DNA of 63,986 nt, filler included, from Octopus bimaculoides (lineage: Eukaryota), in the NCBI RefSeq assembly GCF_001194135.2. It is 6 parts of 4 records of this genome, joined end to end, with 100 filler letters (N's around TTAATTAATTAA, not from the genome) between each part and the next. Parts side by side here need not be neighbours in the genome. Positions count along the whole stretch, not along the records: positions 1 to 17,008 come from NC_068981.1; positions 17,109 to 29,238 come from NC_068981.1; 4 more parts are not named here. One strand, written 5' to 3'. The position numbers and the translations under genes were made by a program. Within the stretch, counting starts at the first letter, position 1, and every line of letters begins with the position of its first letter. The notes below the pieces were generated by a model. The model saw nothing but the letters and a program-made list of their open reading frames with translations, had not been told where the DNA came from and searched no databases. Shown piece by piece: positions 11,851 to 22,620 of this stretch.

Positions 11851-12760
11851 ACCCATTTGAAAATGTTATCTGCAATAGGTTAGCACATTATCCTAGATTA
11901 TATTTCATCTTTCCCTACACGACATGAAACCAGAGCTAAAGCAGCGGCATTCAAAGGGCTACCCCGGAACCTAGGAGACATTTATTATTCATTTATCATT
12001 TAATAACACTTTAGTGAGAGGTAAGACTGTAAGACAAACGGCAGGCTGAAGAGACAATAAAAGAGATGAAAACACTGAACTATAATGATGGCTGTTTGTT
12101 CAATCTCACCGGAGAATGTAAAATAAGGTGTAACATAATAGCAGTGCTAGCAATGAATATAATATAAAATAGAGGCGATATTTAACGCTGTTGTCATTGA
12201 TCGTCGCCATTGTAGCAGAAGCGATGACAACTTTATAGACGGAAATCGCTGCGTAGTTTGTGGTAAGTCTAGAATTAGGGATGCTGCTTTTTGACACTAA
12301 CTATTGTAATAATATTGAACTTGTAGCGTGCCTGTAGCAATATCATTATTGTGTTTTACTATGACACTGTTAACACTTTATGCTGTGAATGTTCCCGTAG
12401 AAGGGCGCGAAAATTGAGCTAAGTTTAGTTTGTTGATGATAGCGATGGCGGGAAAAATGTAATAACGCTTCATATCGCAGTTATAGTAGCATCAGATGAT
12501 GAAAACAACTGGAAGAGGTGTGCTTTCTATTGATTCATCTCATCCAAATAATTTGTTTTCTCTCTTCAAGCCTTCTCCTTCTCCTCCATTCTAAGTTACT
12601 CTTCCTTCTTTTCCAGATTCCCTCTGGGTTAATGGAAGTGGCGTGTGTATCGGAGGTGGGGTTTGTTTTACACCTTTTCTCCTGCCATAAATTCATACGT
12701 TGACTACTATTAATCAGAACAGTCATTTTTATAAACTACCTTTGTACGCATTCTTATTTT

Positions 12761-12782
12761 CTATCTATCTATCTATCCATCC

Positions 12783-12837
<55 letters not shown>

Positions 12838-12866
12838 CATCCATCCATCCATCCATCCATCCATCC

Positions 12867-12938
<72 letters not shown>

Positions 12939-13361
12939 CATTCTTCCTCTGTATTGTGTCGTGTGCTACCTAATTCTCTTTCCCAGTTTTACCTCCAGTA
13001 TCACCAACACCCCCTCTAATTTTCATCTTCCCCTTCTATATCCACTTTTACTCTTCTTGTTCACTTCATTATCTCTTCCACCTTTCTCTCTCTCTCTCTC
13101 TGACTCAGTCTACCTCGCTCTCTATTTGTCTGAGTGTTTATTTCTCACTCCATCTCTCTTCTACCCTCTCTTCTACCCCTCTCACACGCTCGTTCTTTCT
13201 TTCTTCCTTTCCATAGTTTTACCAAACAAAACATTTCGTTTCCTTCCTTATATATCTGTACGTTATTTATTTCTCTACATATATCTACCTCTTCACTAAC
13301 TCTCATAATCTTCCACTTTCTCTTTCTTTCTTCCTCTCTTCCTCTTCCTCTCTCCCTCCCC

Positions 13362-13400
<39 letters not shown>
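12761..13400. repeat. (TCTA)/(TCCA) tetranucleotide array followed by a long CT-rich tract
   Basis: Direct reading. Confidence 0.9.
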
Positions 13401-13401
<1 letters not shown>

Positions 13402-13494
13402 TCATGCACTCTTTTTCGTAGTCTCTCTTCATTCTTCTATTGCTCAATCGATTTTGCGTTTTCCCAGTGTTCGCTTCTGAATGCACGTGCGTCA

Positions 13495-13699
13495 GGATGA
13501 TGATGATGATGATGATGACGACGACGATGATGACGATGGCGATCATGATGCTGACGATGACGACGACGCCGATGATGATGATGATGAGGAGGAGGAGGAA
13601 GGAGAGGAGGGAAGGAGCGGAGAGGCGGGGAAGAGGGGGAAGAAGAGGAAATGGTGGCTCATCTTGTCATCACCATCATCATTATTGCTGCTGCTGCTG

Positions 13700-13757
<58 letters not shown>

Positions 13758-14215
13758 AGTCTCCGTTGCTTTGTTATTTTCGCTGTTTTTTTCTTTTTGT
13801 TGTTGCTGGTCTTGTAGTTGTTATCGATGTTATTATTGTTAATATTTTGTTATTTATTTCAGCTGTGACTGTTGTGTTTTTTTTTTTGTTTTTTCATCTT
13901 TGTGGAATTTGGTTTTGCTCTTTCGTAACGACAGCAAAAACAACAAAAAGAGCAACAACAACAACAGCGATAGTAACGTTTCTTTATTATTGTTGTTATT
14001 ATTATTATTATTATTATTATCACTTATTATTATTATTATTATTATTAATGACTATGTGTTTATCATGTTCACCCCCCACCCCCCGGACACCACCGTGGTT
14101 GTCGTCGTCATCGTTATCACCGTCATTATCATCACTACCACCATTATCATCACCACCATTATCATGAGAATCATCATATAGAAGTTATTAACCATCATCA
14201 TCGTCGTCGTCGTTT
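13495..14215. repeat. Compound trinucleotide array (GAT, GAC, GAG, CAT, GCT, TAC, TGT, CAA, TAT, CAC)
   Basis: Direct reading; yields only homopolymeric ORFs. Confidence 0.9.
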
Positions 14216-14479
14216 TATTGGCAGAATCATTAGAACATCAGAAAACATCTTGCGATATTTGTTCCGGCTCTTTATTTTCTGCGTTCGAATCCTATCGACG
14301 TTCATCTTCGCCTTTCAACCCTCCCGGGGTCGATAGAGTAAAGTACTTGTCAAGTATGGAGATCAAAGAAATCGACTCACTATCTCCTCTCAAATTTGCC
14401 GTCTTTGTGCCTAAATTAGAACTAATTAGAACTAATTGTAATTATTTTCTTGACATGACAGAATCGTCGGACAAAACAT

Positions 14480-16110
14480 TTCGGGTTCAGTCCCACCTCC
14501 GTGTGGCACCTTGGGCAAATATCTTCTCCGCAATAGCCCCTGGCCGACCAAAGCCTTTTGAGAGTGTGTGCATCTTTGTATTTGTACCCACCGCTTGACA
14601 GCTGGTGTTGGTTTTTTGCGTCTCGGTCACTCAGCGGTTCGGTAAAAGAAACTAATAGAATAGGTACTATACTTGAAAAAAATACTCTCTCAATTTCTTC
14701 GACAAAAAGCTTTCAAGGCAGTGTCCAATATGGCCGCTATCCAGTGACTGAAACAAGTAAAATATCCTTTCTACTCTAGGCACAAAGCCTGATATTTTAG
14801 GAGAGGGGGGTTAGTCGATTGCATCGACCCCCAGTGCTCAACTGGTACTTATTTAATCGACAATGAAACATTGAAAGGCAAAGTCGACTTCAGATAAATA
14901 TTTTGTCCGGCGTGCTAATGATTCTATCAGCTCGCTGCATTCATTCTGCTAATAATAACTGTTTCAAATTATTTTCTTACATAGGCACAAGGTCAACAAT
15001 TTGGGACAGGCGGTCGGTCGATTAAATCGCTCTCAGTACTTATACTTTTTTGTATCGACTCCCGAATGATAGCAAATCGGACAAGCTACTACACGGCGTT
15101 TCTTCCGGCTGTAATTTTGAGCTCAAATTCCGCCGAGGTCATCGTTGCCTTTCATCATTGGGTGGNNNNNNNNNNNNNNNNNNNNNNNNNNNNNNNNNNN
15201 NNNNNNNNNNNNNNNNNNNNNNNNNNNNNNNNNNNNNNNNNNNNNNNNNNNNNNNNNNNNNNNNNNNNNNNNNNNNNNNNNNNNNNNNNNNNNNNNNNNN
15301 NNNNGTAAGATTGTGGTTTCGATCCCTGGACCGGGCGATACGCTGTGTTCTTCAGCAAAACACTTCATTTCACGTTTTGAAGGCGACGAGCTGGCAGAAT
15401 CGTTAGCACGCCGGGCGAAATGCTTAGCGGTATTTCGTCTGCCGCTACGTTCTGAGTTCAAATTCTGCCGAGGTCGACTTTGCCTTTCATCCTTTCGGGG
15501 GTCGATAAATTAAGTACCAGTTACGCACTGGGGTCGATGTAATCGACTTAATCCCTTCGTCTGTCCTTGTTTGTCCCCTCTATGTTTAATCCCTTGTGGG
15601 CAATAAAGAAATAGATATAATGAATTTACACCCTCTCCGAAGTTGCTCGCCTTGTGCCATTACTGGCAGAACCAAGGTAGTGAGCGTATGAGATCGTTAG
15701 AGCGCCGAAAACAAATTCTTGTGGTACTGCTTGCAAGTTTTGAGTTTAAATTTCGTTGAGGCTAACTTAATCTGTTATCCTTTTTGGGCCGATAAAATAA
15801 GTATCAGTCGAGCATTCGGGAAGATGTAACCGACTTGTCCCGCCTCTCAAATTGCTGGCCTTAGGTCAAAATTAGAAAGATTATTATTGGAACAGGACCA
15901 AGCTGGGGAGCTGGCAGAATCGCTAGAGCATCAGAACAATTCTTTGCGTCATTTCCTTATAGCTTTACGTTCTGAGTTCAAATTCCGCCGATGTCGACTT
16001 TGCTTTTATCCTTTTTTGGGCTCGACAAAATAAGTACCAGTTGACTAATGAGGTTGATGTAGTCGTCTTTCTCCTTCACCCAAAATTTCAGGCTTTGTAT
16101 CTTATAGTAG
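14480..16110. mobile_element. Dense SINE cluster: one decayed family A copy (14480-14762 +) and about five family B copies, including a full-length copy at 15380-15613 (+)
   Basis: Repeated family A and B diagnostic motifs on both strands. Confidence 0.85.
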
Positions 16111-16614
16111 AGAAGATTGTAATTATAATCGTTATCATCATTATGTCCCCCACCCCCCGTACCTATTATCATTATCATCACCAGCACCACCGTCATTATC
16201 TCATCATCCTTCCTATTCTTCACTTCCTCCTTTCCTCTCAGTTTCCCCTCATCTCACCCTTCCTCTCACTCCTCCTCCTCATCATCTGTGTTTCTTCCCT
16301 TTATTTTTTTATGTAGCAGTTTCGTTATTGTTTTTGTTTCTTTTATTGTCGAAATAGCTTTTGTTGTCATATTTTTTCTGACTTTCCACCATTTTTTCCC
16401 CTATTACCCCCCTCTCTCTTTTCTTTCATTCATTTTTCATTAACTTTTTCTTTCTTCCTTTTTATGTTTTTTATCTTACGCTTCTTTCACTATTTCCTTC
16501 TCATTTTCCTTTCCTTTTCTTTATTTTGTTTGTTTGTTTGTTTGTTCAGTGCAATAATCGGTGTTTTCTGTGTCAGCAGATTAGCTAAATAGTGGTGAAG
16601 TGGTGCAAATATAA

Positions 16615-16646
<32 letters not shown>

Positions 16647-16744
16647 GCAGACAAACCGACTGACTAAATAAACAGACAAATAGATAGATTGATAGATGCA
16701 TAGATAGATAGACTGACAAACAGATAGACAGATATATAGATAGA

Positions 16745-17008
16745 TAACTTTCTTTTATTAGCCACACAGGGCTGCACACAGAGGGGACAAATACAACTGT
16801 AGAGTTTTTCTTAAAAAAAAAACAAAAAAAAAAAAACGATCAAAAGGGATCGGTAGGGGCAAACAAAAAAAAAAGTGGGGTGGCATCGTATATCACAGAA
16901 AATGTCAATTGTGTAAAATGGGGTAACATTAGGTTTATCCATGGAGAGAAAAGCCTACGGAAAAGACCATGGTAACCTCAGCAGAGAATTTTTTTCTCGA
17001 TTTATAGG
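16745..17008 (-). mobile_element. Probable LINE 3' UTR (L1/Tx1-like end)
   Basis: Minus strand has T-rich tracts ending in GTGGCTAATAAAAGAAA (polyA-signal-like). Family assignment is from recollection only. Confidence 0.35.
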
Positions 17009-17108
17009 NNNNNNNNNNNNNNNNNNNNNNNNNNNNNNNNNNNNNNNNNNNNTTAATTAATTAANNNNNNNNNNNNNNNNNNNNNNNNNNNNNNNNNNNN
17101 NNNNNNNN
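17009..17108. other. Artificial contig-joining spacer N44-TTAATTAATTAA-N44 (stop codons in all six frames)
   Basis: Identical 100-bp structure occurs five times. Confidence 0.97.
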
Positions 17109-17352
17109 ACATAATACATACATACATACACACACTGCATCCCTCATTATTAAGCAAATTAACTTTCTCTCAATAAATAAATGTATATTCATTCAAAACC
17201 AGTTGTTTTCCAGCTGACTGTTAGCAACACCTATCTGCACACATTCTGTTAAAATAAATTGGATCTGCACAGACGCCAACAAATGGCAACGATTTTTGTA
17301 ATTGGCCAACATTTTCACCGTCACAAATTATTAGGCAAGGTGAATAAAAAGC

Positions 17353-17579
17353 AAATAAGTAAGAAGGATGTCCAGGTATCAGTGCATTACAGCCATTTCA
17401 AGCGGCTCCATTTAATCGATCAATGAAAACATTACATCAATTTGACGTAAACCGCTCTCCTCTGTGTCCGAGGAGAGCAGTTTATTTAAAATTGTTATAA
17501 TGTTTTTATTGATCAATTAGATGGAGCCACTTGAAATGGCTGTAATGCACTGATAACTGGACATCCTTGTTGCTTATTT
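17353..17579. repeat. Inverted repeat with 72-bp arms (17353-17424 and 17508-17579) and an 83-bp spacer
   Basis: Arm 1 AAATAAGTAAGAAGGATGTCCAGGTATCAGTGCATTACAGCCATTTCAAGCGGCTCC matches the reverse complement of arm 2 at about 90%. Confidence 0.85.
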
Positions 17580-17633
17580 CGTATGTGTATTTGGTGTGCA
17601 AGATTCTTGATGTGAATACGTGTGTTGAAAGAA

Positions 17634-17734
17634 ATACTATTAAACCTTGGGAGAGGCATTATGCTGGTAATAAACACATGCACTGTGTGTGTGTTTATTA
17701 CTGGCACAATGCCTCTCCCAAGGTTTAATAGTAT
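17634..17734. repeat. 101-nt near-perfect hairpin, TA-flanked (mini-MITE or pre-miRNA-like)
   Basis: ATACTATTAAACCTTGGGAGAGGCATTATGCTGGTAATAAACAC pairs with 17691-17734 with one mismatch and two G.U pairs; pairing continues to a 3-nt loop. Confidence 0.85.
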
Positions 17735-17998
17735 ATATGTATACTTTAGTCCTAATTGTTTATACTCACATTTTAGTGATGAATATATCTAAAATTAAAT
17801 TTTAAAACAAAAAATCTCTCCAGAGAACAGTATATCAATTGATATTAAAAAAACAAAGTTGTTTTATATTACAAAAAAAACCCGGATTTTATTACATCTA
17901 TAATTTAAGAACATCAAAATATTGATATAGATAAACAATGAACGTATTGTATACACAATATGAATGCTTTGAAATGCTTGACCATCATCCTAGTTAAG

Positions 17999-18032
<34 letters not shown>

Positions 18033-18241
18033 TGTATGTATGTATGTGTATGCATGTATATGTGTGTATGTGTGTGTGTGTGTATGTGTATATGTATGTA
18101 TGCATGCATGTATTCTCATTTATATAGCTGCATGTCTAGACACGTGCATATATACTCAAATACTAAACTTCTAGAAAGCTTTACAAATTATTACAGTTTC
18201 ATAATGGCATAAGTATGATGTCTTAAAATGAGCTTTTTTCT

Positions 18242-19366
18242 TTCTGGTTTTGAGAAACCTAATTCCTCAAGATTGGTGCTTAGGCCAATAATTCGAGGTA
18301 TAAACCTGAACTTGTAATCTGGATAATGTCGTGTTTCCTTTTTCACTGATATTAAGCTTCATGTTGACATCTGCTCAGCAACTGATTTCCACTACTGTAC
18401 ATAGTTTCTCTTCTCTGTCTCAAATCACTATGTCTGGTCTATTATGTTTAGATTTTACTGAGGTTTTCATTCCACCAGTATTCCTTCATATTATGAGTGA
18501 CTATGGCCTCTACCATACTGTGGGTTCTTATCTCTTTGGCCTTAGAATTATCTTTATATACATTTTTATATTCCAAGAGTGTATCGATAGGATGATAAAC
18601 AACAAAGCTAACAACAGCTTTTTAAAGCTCATTCTGATCATTGAATTAATGAATTTAAAATCAATGGCAATTCACCTTGTAACCAAACTACACAAATATT
18701 GAGGAAATATGTAATCAGTAAATTATCAATTTTGAAATGCTTGAAACAGAAAATTAGAATCAGTTCTCCTTACGTTATCAATGAAGGCAGATCTCATTAT
18801 ACACTGTCTTGGCTAAAACATTATGTCTCATTGGCAGATAATAACGCGATGACATTTTTGCACAACTGCTTATGATTGGGTGATATCTTCAGTGTTAACT
18901 CCACGAAGTCTGCATTGGTCATCACATTTTGGTGTTTTTCTTACATCTCTGCCCCTTTTGTGAGTCAGGTATTTAGTTGATAGTTCTTATTCCTGGATTG
19001 CAAACACATACCCTTCAAAGTGAGAGTTAGTAATTCAGTTGGTGGTCTCTGGTAGACTGCTTTTATGATCAATGTTAAAGTCATCCTGGAGCTTTCTGCT
19101 AACATATCCATGCATGGTCTTCTGCTGATATACATTCATCCTTTCATCTGATTCATTGCAGTAGAGTCATGCAACTTCTTTAGGCGTGTATTCAACGTTA
19201 TCAGATAAAGAACATTGCTCAAGGACCCTCTTTCTAAATCTCACAATGTTACCTGTTTTGTGTACGCAAACTTTGTCAAGGTTGCACTTCAACACTTGGG
19301 ATGTTGCTGAAGGAATATGATATGACATTCAAATGCAGTCTGGATTGACGTTAAGCCTCTTCCTCT
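18242..19366 (-). mobile_element. Decayed RLE-type (R4/Dong/NeSL-like) retrotransposon ORF, interrupted by a ~230-bp insertion at 18559-18786
   Basis: RGRGLTSIQTAFEC...KTMHGYVSRKL...SHFEGYVFAIQE*ELSTKYL...CRLRGVNTEDIT/IISSCAKMSSRYYLPMRHNVLAKTVYNEIC [insert] YKDNSKAKEIRTHSMVEAIVTHNMKEYWW/KHNRPDIVI*DREEKLCTVVEISC*AD...GFSKPE, covering the zinc knuckle and the RPD..E endonuclease. Confidence 0.85.
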
Positions 19367-19928
19367 TTGGTTTTTGTTGTAGATGAAGGTGGTCTATATA
19401 TGTATGTATGTATGTATGTGTGTGTGTGTATGTGTGTATGTGTGTGTGTGTGTGTGTATGTGTATGCATGTGTGCATGCATGCATGTATCCATGTTTGCA
19501 CGCATGTATGTATGTATGTATGTATGTATGTATGTATGTATGTATGTATGTATGTATACATTTGCTTATTTATAAAAGATAGGTGTATTCAATGAAGAGA
19601 ATATTCCAAGAATGAAAGTACTCGATAATGAAAGTGTTTCATATTAAATTTGGCTAATGTCTAATATCACCCAATTTTATGAAGGGTCGATGATACTTTA
19701 TTGCAAAATTTCAAATACTTTATGCAGACTGATAAACTAAATTTTGCCAGCTCTCTACTGAGTTCTGAATAAAAGTTATGCAATAAAAGTTATCCTTCTG
19801 AATAAAAGTTATGCAACTGTGAACATGCATATAGGTTTGCTTACAAATAATATGAAAAACTTCTGGCTCAGATTTTCATCAAAAGCCTGAAATGTTATGA
19901 ATATTAGATATATGTATTAAGGCGCCAA

Positions 19929-20246
19929 CATTAGTTTGTATGCAGCAAGAGATCCTTGTGATGCAAGGGTTTCTGCTGAAAGAAGCAATTGCCATTGTAG
20001 CTTTTCCAAACTCTTTAATGATTTCAATACAGAAGGGTTAAGAAATATACCTACTCCACCCATTGTCACATTAATAGAGCTTTTCCATGTAGAAGAAGGT
20101 ACAAAAATCCAGCCATTACCAACACAATGTTTGGGGTCTAATTTATAATGGAGTTGGTGTCCTTGAATGTATAATACATCAATGATGATAGCAACTATTT
20201 CAGCTGCTAATTCAAGAAGTTGCTTGAGTGAGTTTTGAATGCAAAC
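19929..20246 (-). mobile_element. Apurinic endonuclease (APE/EEP) domain fragment of an old LINE
   Basis: ELAAEIVAIIIDVLYIQGHQLHY...GNGWIFVPSSTWKSSINVTMGGVGIFLNPSVLKSL, then ASFSRNPCITRISC after a frameshift. Shows the D.lciQE and GGVG motifs of LINE endonucleases. Confidence 0.7.
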
Positions 20247-20260
20247 ATATTATTTACGTT

Positions 20261-21427
20261 GATTCAGGTAGATGGCCCTGCTCAGTATGTAGAAAAGGAG
20301 TAGGTAGTAACTCTATAAGATGTACCCGGTGCAAGCTATGGACACATAAGAGGTGCAGCAACATCAAAGGCAGGTTAACTAGCAAGTTAGTTTTTGTTTG
20401 TGGCAGATGTTCAGGTGCAATAAAGACTGCAAACAAACAGGAAACAACTTCTATCTCATTCCAGGGTGAAAAACTAGAGGTAGTCGATAGCTTCCGCTAT
20501 CTGGGCGACCAAGTTAGTAGTGGGGGTGGGTGCGCTGAAAGTGTAGCTGCTAGAATAAGAATNNNNNNNNNNNNNNNNNNNNNNNNNNNNNNNNNNNNNN
20601 NNNNNNNNNNNNNNNNNNNNNNNNNNNNNNNNNNNNNNNNNNNNNNNNNNNNNNNNNNNNNNNNNNNNNNNNNNNNNNNNNNNNNNNNNNNNNNNNNNNN
20701 NNNNNNNNNNNNNNNNNNNNNNNNNNNNNNNNNNNNNNNNNNNNNNNNNNNNNNNNNNNNNNNNNNNNNNNNNNNNNNNNNNNNNNNNNNNNNNNNNNNN
20801 NNNNNNNNNNNNNNNNNNNNNNNNNNNNNNNNNNNNNNNNNNNNNNNNNNNNNNNNNNNNNNNNNNNNNNNNNNNNNNNNNNNNNNNNNNNNNNNNNNNN
20901 NNNNNNNNNNNNNNNNNNNNNNNNNNNNNNNNNNNNNNNNNNNNNNNNNNNNNNNNNNNNNNNNNNNNNNNNNNNNNNNNNNNNNNNNNNNNNNNNNNNN
21001 NNNNNNNNNNNNNNNNNNNNNNNNNNNNNNNNNNNNNNNNNNNNNNNNNNNNNNNNNNNNNNNNNNNNNNNNNNNNNNNNNNNNNNNNNNNNNNNNNNNN
21101 NNNNNNNNNNNNNNNNNNNNNNNNNNNNNNNNNNNNNNNNNNNNNNNNNNNNCGAGCGAGATCGTTGCCAGTGCCCCTGGACTGGCTTGTGCGGGTGGCA
21201 CATAAATGACACCATTTCGAGCGTGGCCGTTTTCGTGCGGGTGACACGTAAAAGCACCCACTACACTCTCTGAGTGGTTGGCGTTAGGAAGGGCATCCAG
21301 CTGTAGAAACTCTGCCAAATCAGACTGGAGCCTGGTGTTGCCATCCGGTTTCACCAGTCCTCAGTCAAATCGTCCAACCCATGCTAGCATGGAAAGCGGA
21401 CGTTAAACGATGATGATGATGATGAAG
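20261..21427 (+). mobile_element. 5'-truncated RTE-clade LINE with a PHD finger in ORF2, (GAT)n tail and 14-bp TSD
   Basis: GRWPCSVCRKGVGSNSIRCTRCKLWTHKRCSNIKGRLTSKLVFVCGRC...EKLEVVDSFRYLGDQVSSGGG (RTE thumb motif). TSD ATATTATTTACGTT at 20247-20260 and 21428-21441. The middle of the element is an N gap. Confidence 0.9.
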
Positions 21428-22203
21428 ATATTATTTACGTTTAAGTAATCTATATTTATTTCATATTCTTCACACTGTAGCTGATGCTTTGAATACTGTG
21501 ACAGAAGCTGAAATTACAGTAAAGTATGTTCCATGTTTGACCATATGTTCAGTAATGCAAGATGGACTACTAGGTAGTGCTTAGCTCACACTGAATTTTC
21601 TAGTGGCTGAATGAAATCAATGATTGTCAGTTCTACAGATATTAGCAGTAGTTCATTTTCAGAACTACGAGACCTTGGACAATGCCATCAGTACAATTCC
21701 CTCTTCTGTGAATTTCACTGTTAGTGCTAAACTGCTTTCTTTGTCAAAACTGTATATCAGCCAAACCGATGGCAATTCTCATTTAGTCTAGTTCTTCAGT
21801 TCAGACCTACCTAACTTGGTTACACCTGCCTGGAGTAGAACTCCCACTGGTATAGCTATTTGGATTGTTGGGATATAAAAACTCCACTACTCTAGTCAAA
21901 ATGAGAATCTTTGTCTGTATGAACTTTTGTTCAGTTAATATAGGTTGAAAATGAAGTTGTAGATTTCTATCAGGATCTGTTCCCACTCATTTGTTAAATA
22001 CCAAAGTATAACAACTTGATCTTAAGAAGAGATATGAATGCACAAATTAGTTGTAATGAAAATCACAAATATACATTTTACAGCCCTTATAGAAAAGGTC
22101 AATATATGTAGGAGTTTGTTTCAAAATAACTTACCAGAAAAAGAAGAGTAAATTATGGACCTGCATTTACCAAAATGACAAAATCTCAATTTAATTACGT
22201 ATT

Positions 22204-22620
22204 CTTCCTCTTCCTCTTCCTCATCATCATTTAACATCTTTTTTCCCTGCTGGCAGGGGTTGGATGGTTTGACTAGAGCTGGCAAGCTGGAGAGCTGGAC
22301 CAAATTCCCGTCTGATTTAACTTGGTGTCTATGGCTGGATGTCCTCTCTAATGCCAACCACTTCACAGAGTGTGCTGGATGCTTTCTATGAGGCACTGGT
22401 ACAGGTGCTTATTATGTGGTACTGGCACAAGTGCCTTTTATGTAGTGCAGCATGGGCACTTTGCATGAGTGCTTTTTATGTGACTCAGCATGGGTGCTTT
22501 TTACATGGTGTTGGCGTGCGTGTTTTTCATGTGGCAGTCACATAGGTGCTGTTTATGTGGTACTGGCACAGGTGCTTTTTACATGACACTGGCACATGTA
22601 ACCTTTACATGATACCAGCA
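22204..22620 (-). mobile_element. RTE 3' UTR remnant with a degenerate ~24-bp minisatellite
   Basis: Reverse similarity to 21150-21427; about ten units of GGTGCTTTTTACRTGGCACTGGCAC at 22380-22620. Confidence 0.7.

Noticed and set aside
11652-11927. 91-aa plus-strand ORF MPMDLETLCG...
   Set aside because: No recognisable family; the opposite strand better fits a LINE C-terminus.
12615-12700. Possible plus-strand exon after ttccttcttttccag
   Set aside because: Good acceptor but no recognisable peptide, partner exon or convincing donor.
17053-17064. TTAATTAATTAA as a biological motif (PacI or homeodomain site)
   Set aside because: Always centred in exactly 44+44 Ns, so it is an assembly linker.
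22135-22160. Possible 26-bp minus-strand micro-exon with GTAAGT donor
   Set aside because: Weak acceptor, no partner exons, expected by chance.
22380-22620. Regularly spaced ~24-bp repeats resembling a CRISPR array
   Set aside because: Tandem decayed units without unique spacers, no cas genes, eukaryotic context.
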